This document shows positions 10,495 to 19,900 of a stretch of DNA of 64,000 bases, one piece after another. The notes under the pieces are model-generated. The model saw only the letters and a list, made by a program, of their open reading frames with translations. It was not told the DNA's origin and did no database searches. Both the position numbers and the translations under genes were made by a program. Origin of the DNA: an uncultured Fibrobacter sp. Lineage in GTDB: Bacteria > Fibrobacterota > Fibrobacteria > Fibrobacterales > Fibrobacteraceae. Numbering within the stretch: position 1 is the stretch's first letter; every line of letters begins with the position of its first letter. Where the stretch lies: positions 51,545-115,544 of the forward strand of contig NZ_ONDD01000001.1 of assembly GCF_900316465.1 (NCBI RefSeq), given 5' to 3'.

Positions 10495-13400
10495 TTAATG
10501 CACCGCCACCTTGCGGACAGCATGGTGGCCGCCTAGGGTCACGCGGAGCAGGTACAGGCCCGGTTTCGGGGCTGTAAGTGCGAGCGTGTTGTGGCCTGCG
10601 GTCGATTTGGCGCGGTAGGTGGCGGCAATTTTGCCGTTTACGCCCACAAGCTGCACGCGGTAGCTAGCGCCGGCCAGGTCGCTAGACACGTCGAATCCGA
10701 CCTGGAGGGCGCCCGGAAGGCGGGCAAAACGCAGATTTTCGAGTTTTGAGGCGACGGTCCGGACTTCGGACGCCGAGACGCGGACGGTCGCCGTAGAGCC
10801 CGCCGCCTTGAGCAGGACCCTCAGGCTGTCCCCGGCACCCAATTCAGTCGTCTTGCCGTCAATCGTCACATAGACCCTCAGACCCATCTCGTTCAGGGCC
10901 TTTACCCCCTCGAATTTGAGGTAACCCACGCGGTCAGTTGTCGCACTCAAGGCCAAATTCCATTCATAATCGCCATCGTCGGCACTCTTGATGGACTTCA
11001 GCAGGGCTTTTTTACCATCCATTACGGACAGGTTCACGTAGTCGCCCATACCAGAAGGCGGTTCCAGCCATTCCTTGGCCTCGCCCACGCCAAGCACGTT
11101 CCAGGAATCGCTATGACCCTTGGCATCTTCAAGCACAGCCTGCAAAGTCCAGCTTTCGCGAGTTGCCTTCGCCAAGGTGGCCTTCTGCAAAGCGGCAACA
11201 TTCACAGGATTATCGAACGAAGGTTCCGCCGCAAAGCCAATCGGGGTCTTGGCATCGGAACGCAGCCACACCGCTTCGTACGGTTCAAGCGAATGCACCG
11301 GTTCAAATCCGCTTTCGGCAGTCCACTTGCACATTTCAAAAGTGCTCAAAACATTCTCAGGCAGCACCACTCTCCAGCCGTAGGGGTTTGCCACCATATT
11401 CCAGCCAGCGTTCACTTCCCAAACGATTTGAGGAGCACCCTGTACATTGCTGCCTGTTGCCACATCACGACGCAACGGGAGCGCCCTACCTTCCCGGGAA
11501 TTGTACCAAATGCCCTGCTGCGCCTTCACAGCGCCGCCATTGTACTTCTGGTACTTCCAGACAACGCCATATTTGGCGGACTCGTCCCAGTAATAGAACT
11601 CCGGATCACCGTCCCACATGATTGCACTTTGGTCAACATCCGAAAGCGAAACCATCTTCCAGGTATCCGGGGCAGCCGCAATTTCAGATTGCACTGTAAA
11701 CAGATCCGTAGGGAACGAGGCAGGCTCACCACCATCACCAAGAGTCACCACGACCCTATAGGTACCCGGCAACAGCGGATACACCTCCCAGTCGAGAGAA
11801 CCTGTGCCTGTAACGCTTTCAATCTTTGGATTAGGAAGTTCCTCGCCCAAGGTATCTACAATAGTCGCGCGCAATTCTGCAACCTTGCCCGGTTTTACCT
11901 TCCATTCAAGAGTCAAGCGCATTGCATTTCCAGACAGAATCGGCTCATGACGCTCAAATTCAAAATCACCATCTGGGCTAACCACCGGCGCCTTATCTTC
12001 AGAGAAGTAGGCCTTCATCGGCAAATAGCCCTGAATTGAATCAGCCAATTTATCTCCCTCGACAAGCTTAATGCGTCCGTCAATCACAACGGAATCAAGC
12101 TTATACCCCTTTTCTGGAGCACCGCGAACCACCCAGGAACTGGCATAATCTTGCGGCAAAAGCATCGTGGAATCATCCGCAAAGGCATGCATCTTTTCGG
12201 AACCGTCGCCAGTGTCAATTTCGACAATTTTCACCGTCCCATGTTCCGTTTCCAGTTTCAGACGACGGTAATCCGCATTCGCCACGCAAGCATCTGCATC
12301 GCCCCACACCGCATACACAACCTTTTCACTCGTCACCTTGGCACTCAAAACATCACTCGAGACCGAGCCATGATCATAATCTGCACCATCAGGCGTTACA
12401 GACCATCCAAGCACGCATTCCGTCGGGGTATAGACCCACATAGGCAAATCAGTGGTTCCACCATCCACCAAGTGAAGCGTCTCCTTGTAAGAATCATAGC
12501 CATAAAAGACATCGTTTCGACCGACTTTAACATCAACATCAATGTAACCACCAAACATGGCATACAGCGTATCCGTCACACCCGCCGCAGGCGCAATCTT
12601 GAACGAAGTATCTTGAGAACCAAGCGGAATCGGCAATTCAGTTCCATCAGCCTTTTTCAACGTGAGTTTTGCAAGATCGTAATCCTTATTGGTTCGGACA
12701 GGCGTCACATACAGAGTCATTGAATCTGCGGAAACAGGAATTTCAAGTTTTCCAGAGTTGAACTTATGCGTGAAAGTCTCAGTGTCTTTTCCGAGCTTTT
12801 TGTAAGACTGATTCAAAGTAACCGTTCCATATTTGCCTTCGGCACCCGTTTTGTCAACCACTTTCAAAGCCATTTCAGTATTTTGGGGCGTACATGTAGC
12901 ATTAACAATGTCTTCAGGAAGCCAGAATCCATACAGGCTAAACGATGTTTCATCGCTCGGATTTGCTTGCAAAAGAAGGTCTCCGTCAAGAGATGTATAA
13001 TGAGACTCACCCATCACGCCGATTTTATCTTTATCCCAGCCCTTAAAGCAGGCGCTAGTCGAAAGAATTCCTTCGGGGAGTTTTGCCGTTTCGGCGTTTT
13101 GACGGGAATAAGATTTCGGATTTTCAAGTTCGTCCATAAACTTGTCCGTCAAGAATACATCCGCCTCACCCGCACGGATATCGAAAGTAATATTGTACGG
13201 GATCGCCGATACATACACGGAATCGATACCCAAGAACATAGACGCATCCGGAGCCTTATGAGAAGCGGCTATAGACAAGGCCTGAACCAACGAGTCCAAA
13301 TCCAACATTTTAACTTCTTTAAGTTTTGCCACCCACTTCATCAACCGAGGCATACCGCCATTTTCAATAGCCTGTATATTCGAAGTCAAAGTTGCATTCA

Positions 13401-16400
13401 CCTGCAATTCCAACTTTTCTTCGCTATCGAAATAATTCTTGGTGGAATCTCCATACACATTCACATTCACTGAAGTGCATTTCGCCGTTTTACTTCCTTT
13501 ATTATAACATTCTTCAATCACGTCAACGGATTTATCGTCCAGTCCAACCCAGAAATTAACTATTAAGGAATCCAGTGTAAAGCCACGTTCAGCCACGCTG
13601 AATCCATACTTCGAAACAATATCTACGTCAGGTTGCAAAAATTTGGAGTCATCCAGTTCATGCAAGCCAACCTCAGTAAGTGTCCCATTTTTATTATAGC
13701 CGTATGTAGTGACATTGATTTTAGCATCATAATCAAACAAGCCAATTTCTACCTGCGGCAAGAAATTAATGCTCTCGTTTAAATCAACCAGCTGATAGAA
13801 CAACTGTATTTCTTCTCCATTTTTATTGTCTACAGCCGATCTCAATGCCCTAAGAACACCCTCAAAATTATCCATTTGTTTTTGCGCCACCGAAATACCA
13901 CTGGCAACAACATTTTTGCAACCGGCAAAGAACTTTGCGTTCGCCGGGCAGGTAAAAGCCTGATACAAAATCAACTGATATCTGGTATTGTTGTAATCCA
14001 AAAAACCCGTCGGAACGATTTCCTTACTAGACAACTGGCGAACTTTTTCCACCTTCGGCCATACAAGTGTCAGGTCATCCACATAATCATCCATTGACAC
14101 GGGAATAGGGGAAGTACTGCCAGCGGCTACCTGTTCCGGATTTTGCAGATAGTAAGTCACCTTTATTTCACGGTCCGTCAAACCCTTTGCTTTATCATCT
14201 TTGGTAAAAGTTCGACCGAAATTATAAATATTGCCATTAACATCAACGACCATAAAAGCGGTGTTCCTCAATTCAAAGTCATAACTCAAGTCCCCTTTTA
14301 GCTTACTGTCGTTTTCTGTATAGACATACAAAGAGCATTTCCCAGCCTCACATTTTGCCGGCAAATAGTCTTTCAAGGCAGTCTTGTCATCAGCCGACAA
14401 CGCATTATAATCCGCATCCGACAGGCTTATCGCAAGCTTATATGCAGTTCTTTTCGACGAAATCAACGGCAAACTTGACTGTTTACTTTCCCACTTAACA
14501 GGGTCCGTATTAGACGTCTGCGTCGCGTTCATCACATAGGTAAACAGGCGGGATTTCATGACATCGCCATCAATAACACCATTATACCAGAATGGAACAG
14601 TTTCTGCATCCACAATAATTTCACCGGAACCATTCTTGTTCAACTCGCCATCGGCCAACAACGACACATTGTCTTTCAAAGCGTTTCGATAGTTGTAGCG
14701 AACATCATAATCCGTCGTATAGTTTTTATTCATTTCTTGGACAGAAATCACCGTTCCCGAAAAATGAAGAAAACCGACAGTCAAATTAGCGTTTACATCT
14801 TTTGAACCGTAATGGAAATTATCCTTTATCGTCACTTTGTCGCCAACAAGAGCATGTCCAACCACATAACCGATAGAAAACGTCTCACTTGTCTGCGCAG
14901 CCGTTCCATTTTCAATCAAAGTTTTCAAATCACTAGAAGACACATTATTAACCACCTCAAGCAAATTCACCCGAAACGCCTCGCCAATCATGGTTCCAAC
15001 AGCACTTCTTTGATTCACCGAAGTTGCCGCAACACTGATATCGCCTTGGACACGATTTTCAAGAAATTCCACCGAGCCATTTTCGTTCTGGACATAGCCC
15101 ACACCTTGCGCCGCAGCGACAACATTCAAACTTGTTCCAGTGGTTTTAATTAAATTTCCACTAGTCTGTACAGGCTTAACAGTCGTTCCTCGAATAGAAA
15201 GAGTACTATTAATACTATTGTCTGTATTGAAAAAGGAATATCCCAAAATACCGCCTAGACGTAAATACGTTCCTGAAGTTTTAATTTCGGCATTAATCTC
15301 ATTTGTATCAACAGAAAGAGCGCCATCATCCGCATTCCACACAATACACCCTAAAAGGCCTCCCGCATAAAGATACTGCCCCGAAGTATTAAACTTCGCC
15401 GAAACAACCTTGTTCTTTTTTAAAGAAAGCTTGCTTTGGGGCGCCCAGATACTCGTATAACCGAAAAGGCCTCCGACTTTGGGATTCTGTCTCGAGGATT
15501 CAACTTCTGATTCAACAATATTTTCTTCTGCAACGAAGTTCATTGCAGTCGTACTCATCACATAAAAGTTCCCAACCAAGCCGCCTATCTCCGCATTTGC
15601 AGCGCCCGCGCCCTCTTTCTCATTTTTAGACGTGACATTCGTACTATTTTTCGAAAACAGGACATTTCCATTTTTCCAGTTGAATTTTCCTACAAGTCCA
15701 CCCACAAAAAAATCCGGAGCTGTTCCGTTATAGTCACCCGAATTCAAGATAACATTCGCACCAGACACTTCAAAATCAGTCTCTTCAGTAATGCCGTTTG
15801 AACTCACCTCACCAATCAAGCCTCCAACATCAAAACCACTTAAATCAGCCTTGACAACACACTCCTGCAAAGAGAACTTGTTCTGCCCCGTAACCGATGA
15901 ACCATCAGCATATCCAACAAGACCCCCAACCTTACTTTCCCCATAATAGTCGGTTATAATTTTCGAAATACTATCAGGAGTCGTCAAATCCCAAACCGTA
16001 TCTCGAACGAATTCAGCGATTCCTTCTAGGTTGCCAACCAAGGCTCCACTATAAGACTCAGTTCCGTTCCACGGGCTATAATTACCCGCACTAAATTTGC
16101 TGTGTTGATTTAAAACTTCAGTAATTAGCGAAAGCGTTACAATCTCTACCTTCACATCCGAAAAATGAGTTACAGGACATACGTGAGTCACAGAATTACA
16201 CATAATCCGCCCTATTATAGCAGCGGTATTCCAGCCATGCACCTCAGAATTAGTGACTTTTACATTTGCGACTTCAATATTCCAAGCCCTTTCCGCCACA
16301 ACCGCAGCAATCCTCGTACTAACCGTCGCCACAGTCGCCATTACGTAGGCATTATCAAAGGTTAAATCCTTTATGATAGTTTCGTCACTCGAAAAATCGC

Positions 16401-16842
16401 CAAAGAACGATGCATTTTCATCAATTGTTATATTGCAAAAATTCTTGATGGTATTACCATCACCGTCAATAATGGTCTTGTCAAAATTTTTGTGAAAAGC
16501 TAATGGTTTAAAAGCAGCAAAACACTTTTTATCGGACTTCAAATAGCCCCCTCCCAAATCAATATCCGATTTAAAGGTTAGCTGCAAAGTTGAAGCAGTG
16601 GAGCCTACTTCCTGGCCCAATTTGTCTACAAAAGCATTCCAAGTATTATATATGTTTCCATCATAACCAGAAGGAAACGTTGTACTCGCATCTTTCGCCT
16701 GGGAAATTTCGCACTGGACTTCCGACCCCGCAATAGTTGTGCACCTAAATCCAATCGGCTTAATCTCCCCGCCACTCTGCGCAAAAGTACTGCCTGCAAG
16801 CAACAGGATCAATCCAACAAATATTTTTGCAGTTCTCTTCAT
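10495..16842 (-). CDS. Giant secreted protein (~2115 aa): GLUG-like beta-helix N-terminus, conserved C-terminal module, T9SS-type tail
   Basis: Signal peptide MKRTAK...STFA-Q; repeated (V/I)GGL(V/I)G; tail ...GLYLLRVTLGGHHAVRKVAVH. Confidence 0.8.
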   Translation of the reverse strand: MKRTAKIFVGLILLLAGSTFAQSGGEIKPIGFRCTTIAGSEVQCEISQAKDASTTFPSGYDGNIYNTWNAFVDKLGQEVGSTASTLQLTFKSDIDLGGGYLKSDKKCFAAFKPLAFHKNFDKTIIDGDGNTIKNFCNITIDENASFFGDFSSDETIIKDLTFDNAYVMATVATVSTRIAAVVAERAWNIEVANVKVTNSEVHGWNTAAIIGRIMCNSVTHVCPVTHFSDVKVEIVTLSLITEVLNQHSKFSAGNYSPWNGTESYSGALVGNLEGIAEFVRDTVWDLTTPDSISKIITDYYGESKVGGLVGYADGSSVTGQNKFSLQECVVKADLSGFDVGGLIGEVSSNGITEETDFEVSGANVILNSGDYNGTAPDFFVGGLVGKFNWKNGNVLFSKNSTNVTSKNEKEGAGAANAEIGGLVGNFYVMSTTAMNFVAEENIVESEVESSRQNPKVGGLFGYTSIWAPQSKLSLKKNKVVSAKFNTSGQYLYAGGLLGCIVWNADDGALSVDTNEINAEIKTSGTYLRLGGILGYSFFNTDNSINSTLSIRGTTVKPVQTSGNLIKTTGTSLNVVAAAQGVGYVQNENGSVEFLENRVQGDISVAATSVNQRSAVGTMIGEAFRVNLLEVVNNVSSSDLKTLIENGTAAQTSETFSIGYVVGHALVGDKVTIKDNFHYGSKDVNANLTVGFLHFSGTVISVQEMNKNYTTDYDVRYNYRNALKDNVSLLADGELNKNGSGEIIVDAETVPFWYNGVIDGDVMKSRLFTYVMNATQTSNTDPVKWESKQSSLPLISSKRTAYKLAISLSDADYNALSADDKTALKDYLPAKCEAGKCSLYVYTENDSKLKGDLSYDFELRNTAFMVVDVNGNIYNFGRTFTKDDKAKGLTDREIKVTYYLQNPEQVAAGSTSPIPVSMDDYVDDLTLVWPKVEKVRQLSSKEIVPTGFLDYNNTRYQLILYQAFTCPANAKFFAGCKNVVASGISVAQKQMDNFEGVLRALRSAVDNKNGEEIQLFYQLVDLNESINFLPQVEIGLFDYDAKINVTTYGYNKNGTLTEVGLHELDDSKFLQPDVDIVSKYGFSVAERGFTLDSLIVNFWVGLDDKSVDVIEECYNKGSKTAKCTSVNVNVYGDSTKNYFDSEEKLELQVNATLTSNIQAIENGGMPRLMKWVAKLKEVKMLDLDSLVQALSIAASHKAPDASMFLGIDSVYVSAIPYNITFDIRAGEADVFLTDKFMDELENPKSYSRQNAETAKLPEGILSTSACFKGWDKDKIGVMGESHYTSLDGDLLLQANPSDETSFSLYGFWLPEDIVNATCTPQNTEMALKVVDKTGAEGKYGTVTLNQSYKKLGKDTETFTHKFNSGKLEIPVSADSMTLYVTPVRTNKDYDLAKLTLKKADGTELPIPLGSQDTSFKIAPAAGVTDTLYAMFGGYIDVDVKVGRNDVFYGYDSYKETLHLVDGGTTDLPMWVYTPTECVLGWSVTPDGADYDHGSVSSDVLSAKVTSEKVVYAVWGDADACVANADYRRLKLETEHGTVKIVEIDTGDGSEKMHAFADDSTMLLPQDYASSWVVRGAPEKGYKLDSVVIDGRIKLVEGDKLADSIQGYLPMKAYFSEDKAPVVSPDGDFEFERHEPILSGNAMRLTLEWKVKPGKVAELRATIVDTLGEELPNPKIESVTGTGSLDWEVYPLLPGTYRVVVTLGDGGEPASFPTDLFTVQSEIAAAPDTWKMVSLSDVDQSAIMWDGDPEFYYWDESAKYGVVWKYQKYNGGAVKAQQGIWYNSREGRALPLRRDVATGSNVQGAPQIVWEVNAGWNMVANPYGWRVVLPENVLSTFEMCKWTAESGFEPVHSLEPYEAVWLRSDAKTPIGFAAEPSFDNPVNVAALQKATLAKATRESWTLQAVLEDAKGHSDSWNVLGVGEAKEWLEPPSGMGDYVNLSVMDGKKALLKSIKSADDGDYEWNLALSATTDRVGYLKFEGVKALNEMGLRVYVTIDGKTTELGAGDSLRVLLKAAGSTATVRVSASEVRTVASKLENLRFARLPGALQVGFDVSSDLAGASYRVQLVGVNGKIAATYRAKSTAGHNTLALTAPKPGLYLLRVTLGGHHAVRKVAVH

Positions 16843-16904
16843 ATACACCATCCACTTTATAAGCAAATAATAACATATTATTTATCAAAAAATTCATTTA
16901 CACA

Positions 16905-16935
16905 CAAAAAAGGCGGGAACGAGTCCCGCCTTTTG
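16905..16935 (-). terminator. Rho-independent terminator between the two giant genes
   Basis: AAAAGGCGGGA-acgag-TCCCGCCTTTT. Confidence 0.75.
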
Positions 16936-16969
16936 ACAAGTGTCACATTTTTGCTTAAAATTCTGTGCG

Positions 16970-19900
16970 TTATTTCACAAGGACCTTGCCCGAGAGCAGC
17001 TGGCTGCCGACCTTGATCTTCACAAAGTACACGCCAGACTTCGGAGCGTTCAGGCTAAACTGGTTCGTACCGGCCGTTGCCTTGAACTGGCCCGCGGCCA
17101 CCTTCTTGCCGTCGACACCGACCACGGCATAGCTTGCGCGAGTCCCGGCCAGAGCCTCGGGCGCCGTAAAGCCAAGCTGCAGCGTGCCACCCGCAAGGGT
17201 AGAGCCAAAGCCGCTGATCTTGGAAGAGGCGACCACCGCATTGCTTGCAGCCACGCGGACTTCCACCTGCTTGGCGGACTTGGCGAGCGCCACATTCAAG
17301 GCCTTTTCGTTCGTAACTTCCGTCGTCACACCCTCTGCGGTCACAAACAGCTTGAGTCCCTTGCCGTTCAGTTCCTTGACGCCTTCGAACTTGAGCTTGC
17401 CATCGCGGGCAGAGTTTGCGCTCACATCCAGAATCCAGCTGTATTCGTTTGCAACAGCCTTGATGCTCTTTGCAAGCTTGGCACCCTTTTCGCTATTGCG
17501 GATTGCGAGCGACACATGGTTACCCATGCCTGCAGGCGGTTCGTCAAGCGATTCTTCGGCACCGGCACCAATCACGTTCCAGGAATCCTGCTTACCGTAA
17601 CCGTCGGCCAAAGAAACCTTCAGGCTCCAAGCGCCCTTAATGCCAGCGGCATCCTTATGCATAACCTTCTTCGTTTCGGCGGCGCTTCTTTCTTCGATCT
17701 TGAATTCCGGAGCGGCAGACATACGCCAGGTCGTAGACTTGGAAACCTTCGCCCACACGGCTTCATACGGGCCGATCACCTTCGGCATCGGGTCGTAACT
17801 GCCAATCGAGGGGTTCCAGCGCCAGAAAGTAACCTTGGCATCATTATCGGCAACACCCTTGGTCAAGTCTACATACCAACCGTACGGGTTAGCCACCAGG
17901 TTCCAGCCGCTGAACAGGCTATCGAGTTCCCACACGATTTCGCTATCCTTGGAACCAGTAGATTCGCGGATTACCAGCGGATTGCCAACGGTTGTACCGT
18001 ACCAGAAGCCGCGAGTGGCTTCGACGCTTTCGCCGTTAAAGGCGCGATACTGCCAGTAATCGCCCACCGGATTCTTTTCATCCCACCAGTAGAAAGCGGC
18101 ATCGTCGGACAACACCTTCTTCTTGTCGAAGGCGGACAGCGAAACCATCTGCCAGCTACCCGGAGCGGCCGTAATCTGAGAGGCGACTTCGAAGCGTCCG
18201 TTATATTCGGCGTGTCTTACCTTGTCACCCACCGTCAAGGTCACTTTGAACTTGCCGATCGGAGCAGGAGTCATTTCCCATTCACCGCCACCGACAACAG
18301 AGTTCGGAATATCCGTCTCCAGAATGACGCCATTTTCACCCGTCACCACGATGTGAGCAACCGCAGTTTCATCGACGTTTTCGGTACCGAAGGTCAAGCG
18401 GATTGCATTGCCGGACTGTTCAATCGTCGGCTGCACAATCTTGATTTCACCGGTAATGCTAGAGCTAGAAACTTCCGGAACGCTGCTGGAGCTTTCGAGT
18501 TCGCTCGAGCTAGAAATTTCGACAGAGCTAGACGATTCCGGTTCAACAGAGCTAGAAGATTCTTCGACACTGCTGGAGCTTTCGGGCACGCTCGAGCTAG
18601 ACACTTCGACAGAGCTCGAAGATTCCGGCTCGCTGCTGGAGCTTTCAGGTTCGCTCGAGCTAGACACTTCGACAGAGCTCGAAGATTCCGGATTCTTTTC
18701 GTAGGTAGCCTTGACATCTACATCCTTGGTAATCTTGTCGAATTTGCGATCCCAGCCGGCAAAGGTATAACCTTCGCGCACCGGTTCTGCAGGCGCCACG
18801 GCAGCAGAGTCATACGGCACCAACTGCACATCGCCAATCAGGCTTTCGTCATAATCCAAGAAGGACACCTTGTACAAGACCATAGTCGAATCGTAAACGG
18901 CCGTATATGCGGCATCGGCAGTCACGACAGCAAGTGCAGGAGTCCACTCCTTAAACGTATACATGTATTCCGCCGTAGAGGCACGCTTCACGTCCTTCGG
19001 CGTTACCACAGTTGCGCCGTAAGCAAGCGAAACCGTCTTGAGTTCTTCGCCATCATAGTCCTTGAACACAATCTGGAACTTAAGTTGTTCATATTGAGCC
19101 TTCACCTCGAGTGCCTTAGTCACCGAGTCAAAGTCGCGGTCCCAACCCACGAACTTGTAACCTTCACGCGTCGGATCAGCCGGAGCCACGGCAGAATCGC
19201 CGTATTCCACCATCTGGACATCGCCAATCCGAGTGTTGTCGTAATCCACAAAGGTCACAGCATACGTTTTCTTTGTTGAATCGTAAGTAGCAGTGTATAC
19301 GGCATCACCATTCACATTGACCACTTCAGGAGTCCAGCCCTTGAATGTGTAAGTATACGCGCCGGTTTCAGCTCGCGACACATCAACCGGCTGAGGCACA
19401 GCCGCATTAAACGGAATATCAGCAGAATCCAAGACTGTTCCGTCATAGTCCTTAAACATAATCAAGTACTTATTCGGCACATACGTGGCATGAACATCCA
19501 AATTCTTAGTCACGCTGGTATAGGTCGAGTCATCCCAACCGGCAAAGGTGTAGCCAAAGCGTTCCGGAGCATCCGGAACCTTTGCGGGGTCTTGATACAG
19601 CACAGTCTGAGTCGCCCCAAGCTGAGTATCATCATAATCAAAGAACTTAACCGTATACGAATTCTTGGAGTAAACGGCCGTCACCGTTAAATCACTAATA
19701 ACATTATCGAAATCCTTGTCCCACGTATCCGTAAAGGTGTAGCCTTCAATTTCAGTCACATCGGCGGCAGCCGGAGCCGTCGCAGCACCCCCATGGGGAA
19801 CCGATTGCTGTGCAATAAAGCCTCCATTCATATCAGCAAAAATAACGACATGATTGCCCGGAGCCGGAGCAACTGGTCCATACGGAGCATAGGCAAAGAA

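Noticed and set aside
8678..10498. 606-aa plus-strand ORF
   Set aside because: Antisense shadow of the DASS transporter.
18458..18691. Possible CRISPR array
   Set aside because: Degenerate in-frame coding repeats with no unique spacers and no cas genes.
16940..19279. 779-aa plus-strand ORF with FDRARR repeats
   Set aside because: The repeats are the reverse complement of the ESSSS linker in the real minus-strand gene.
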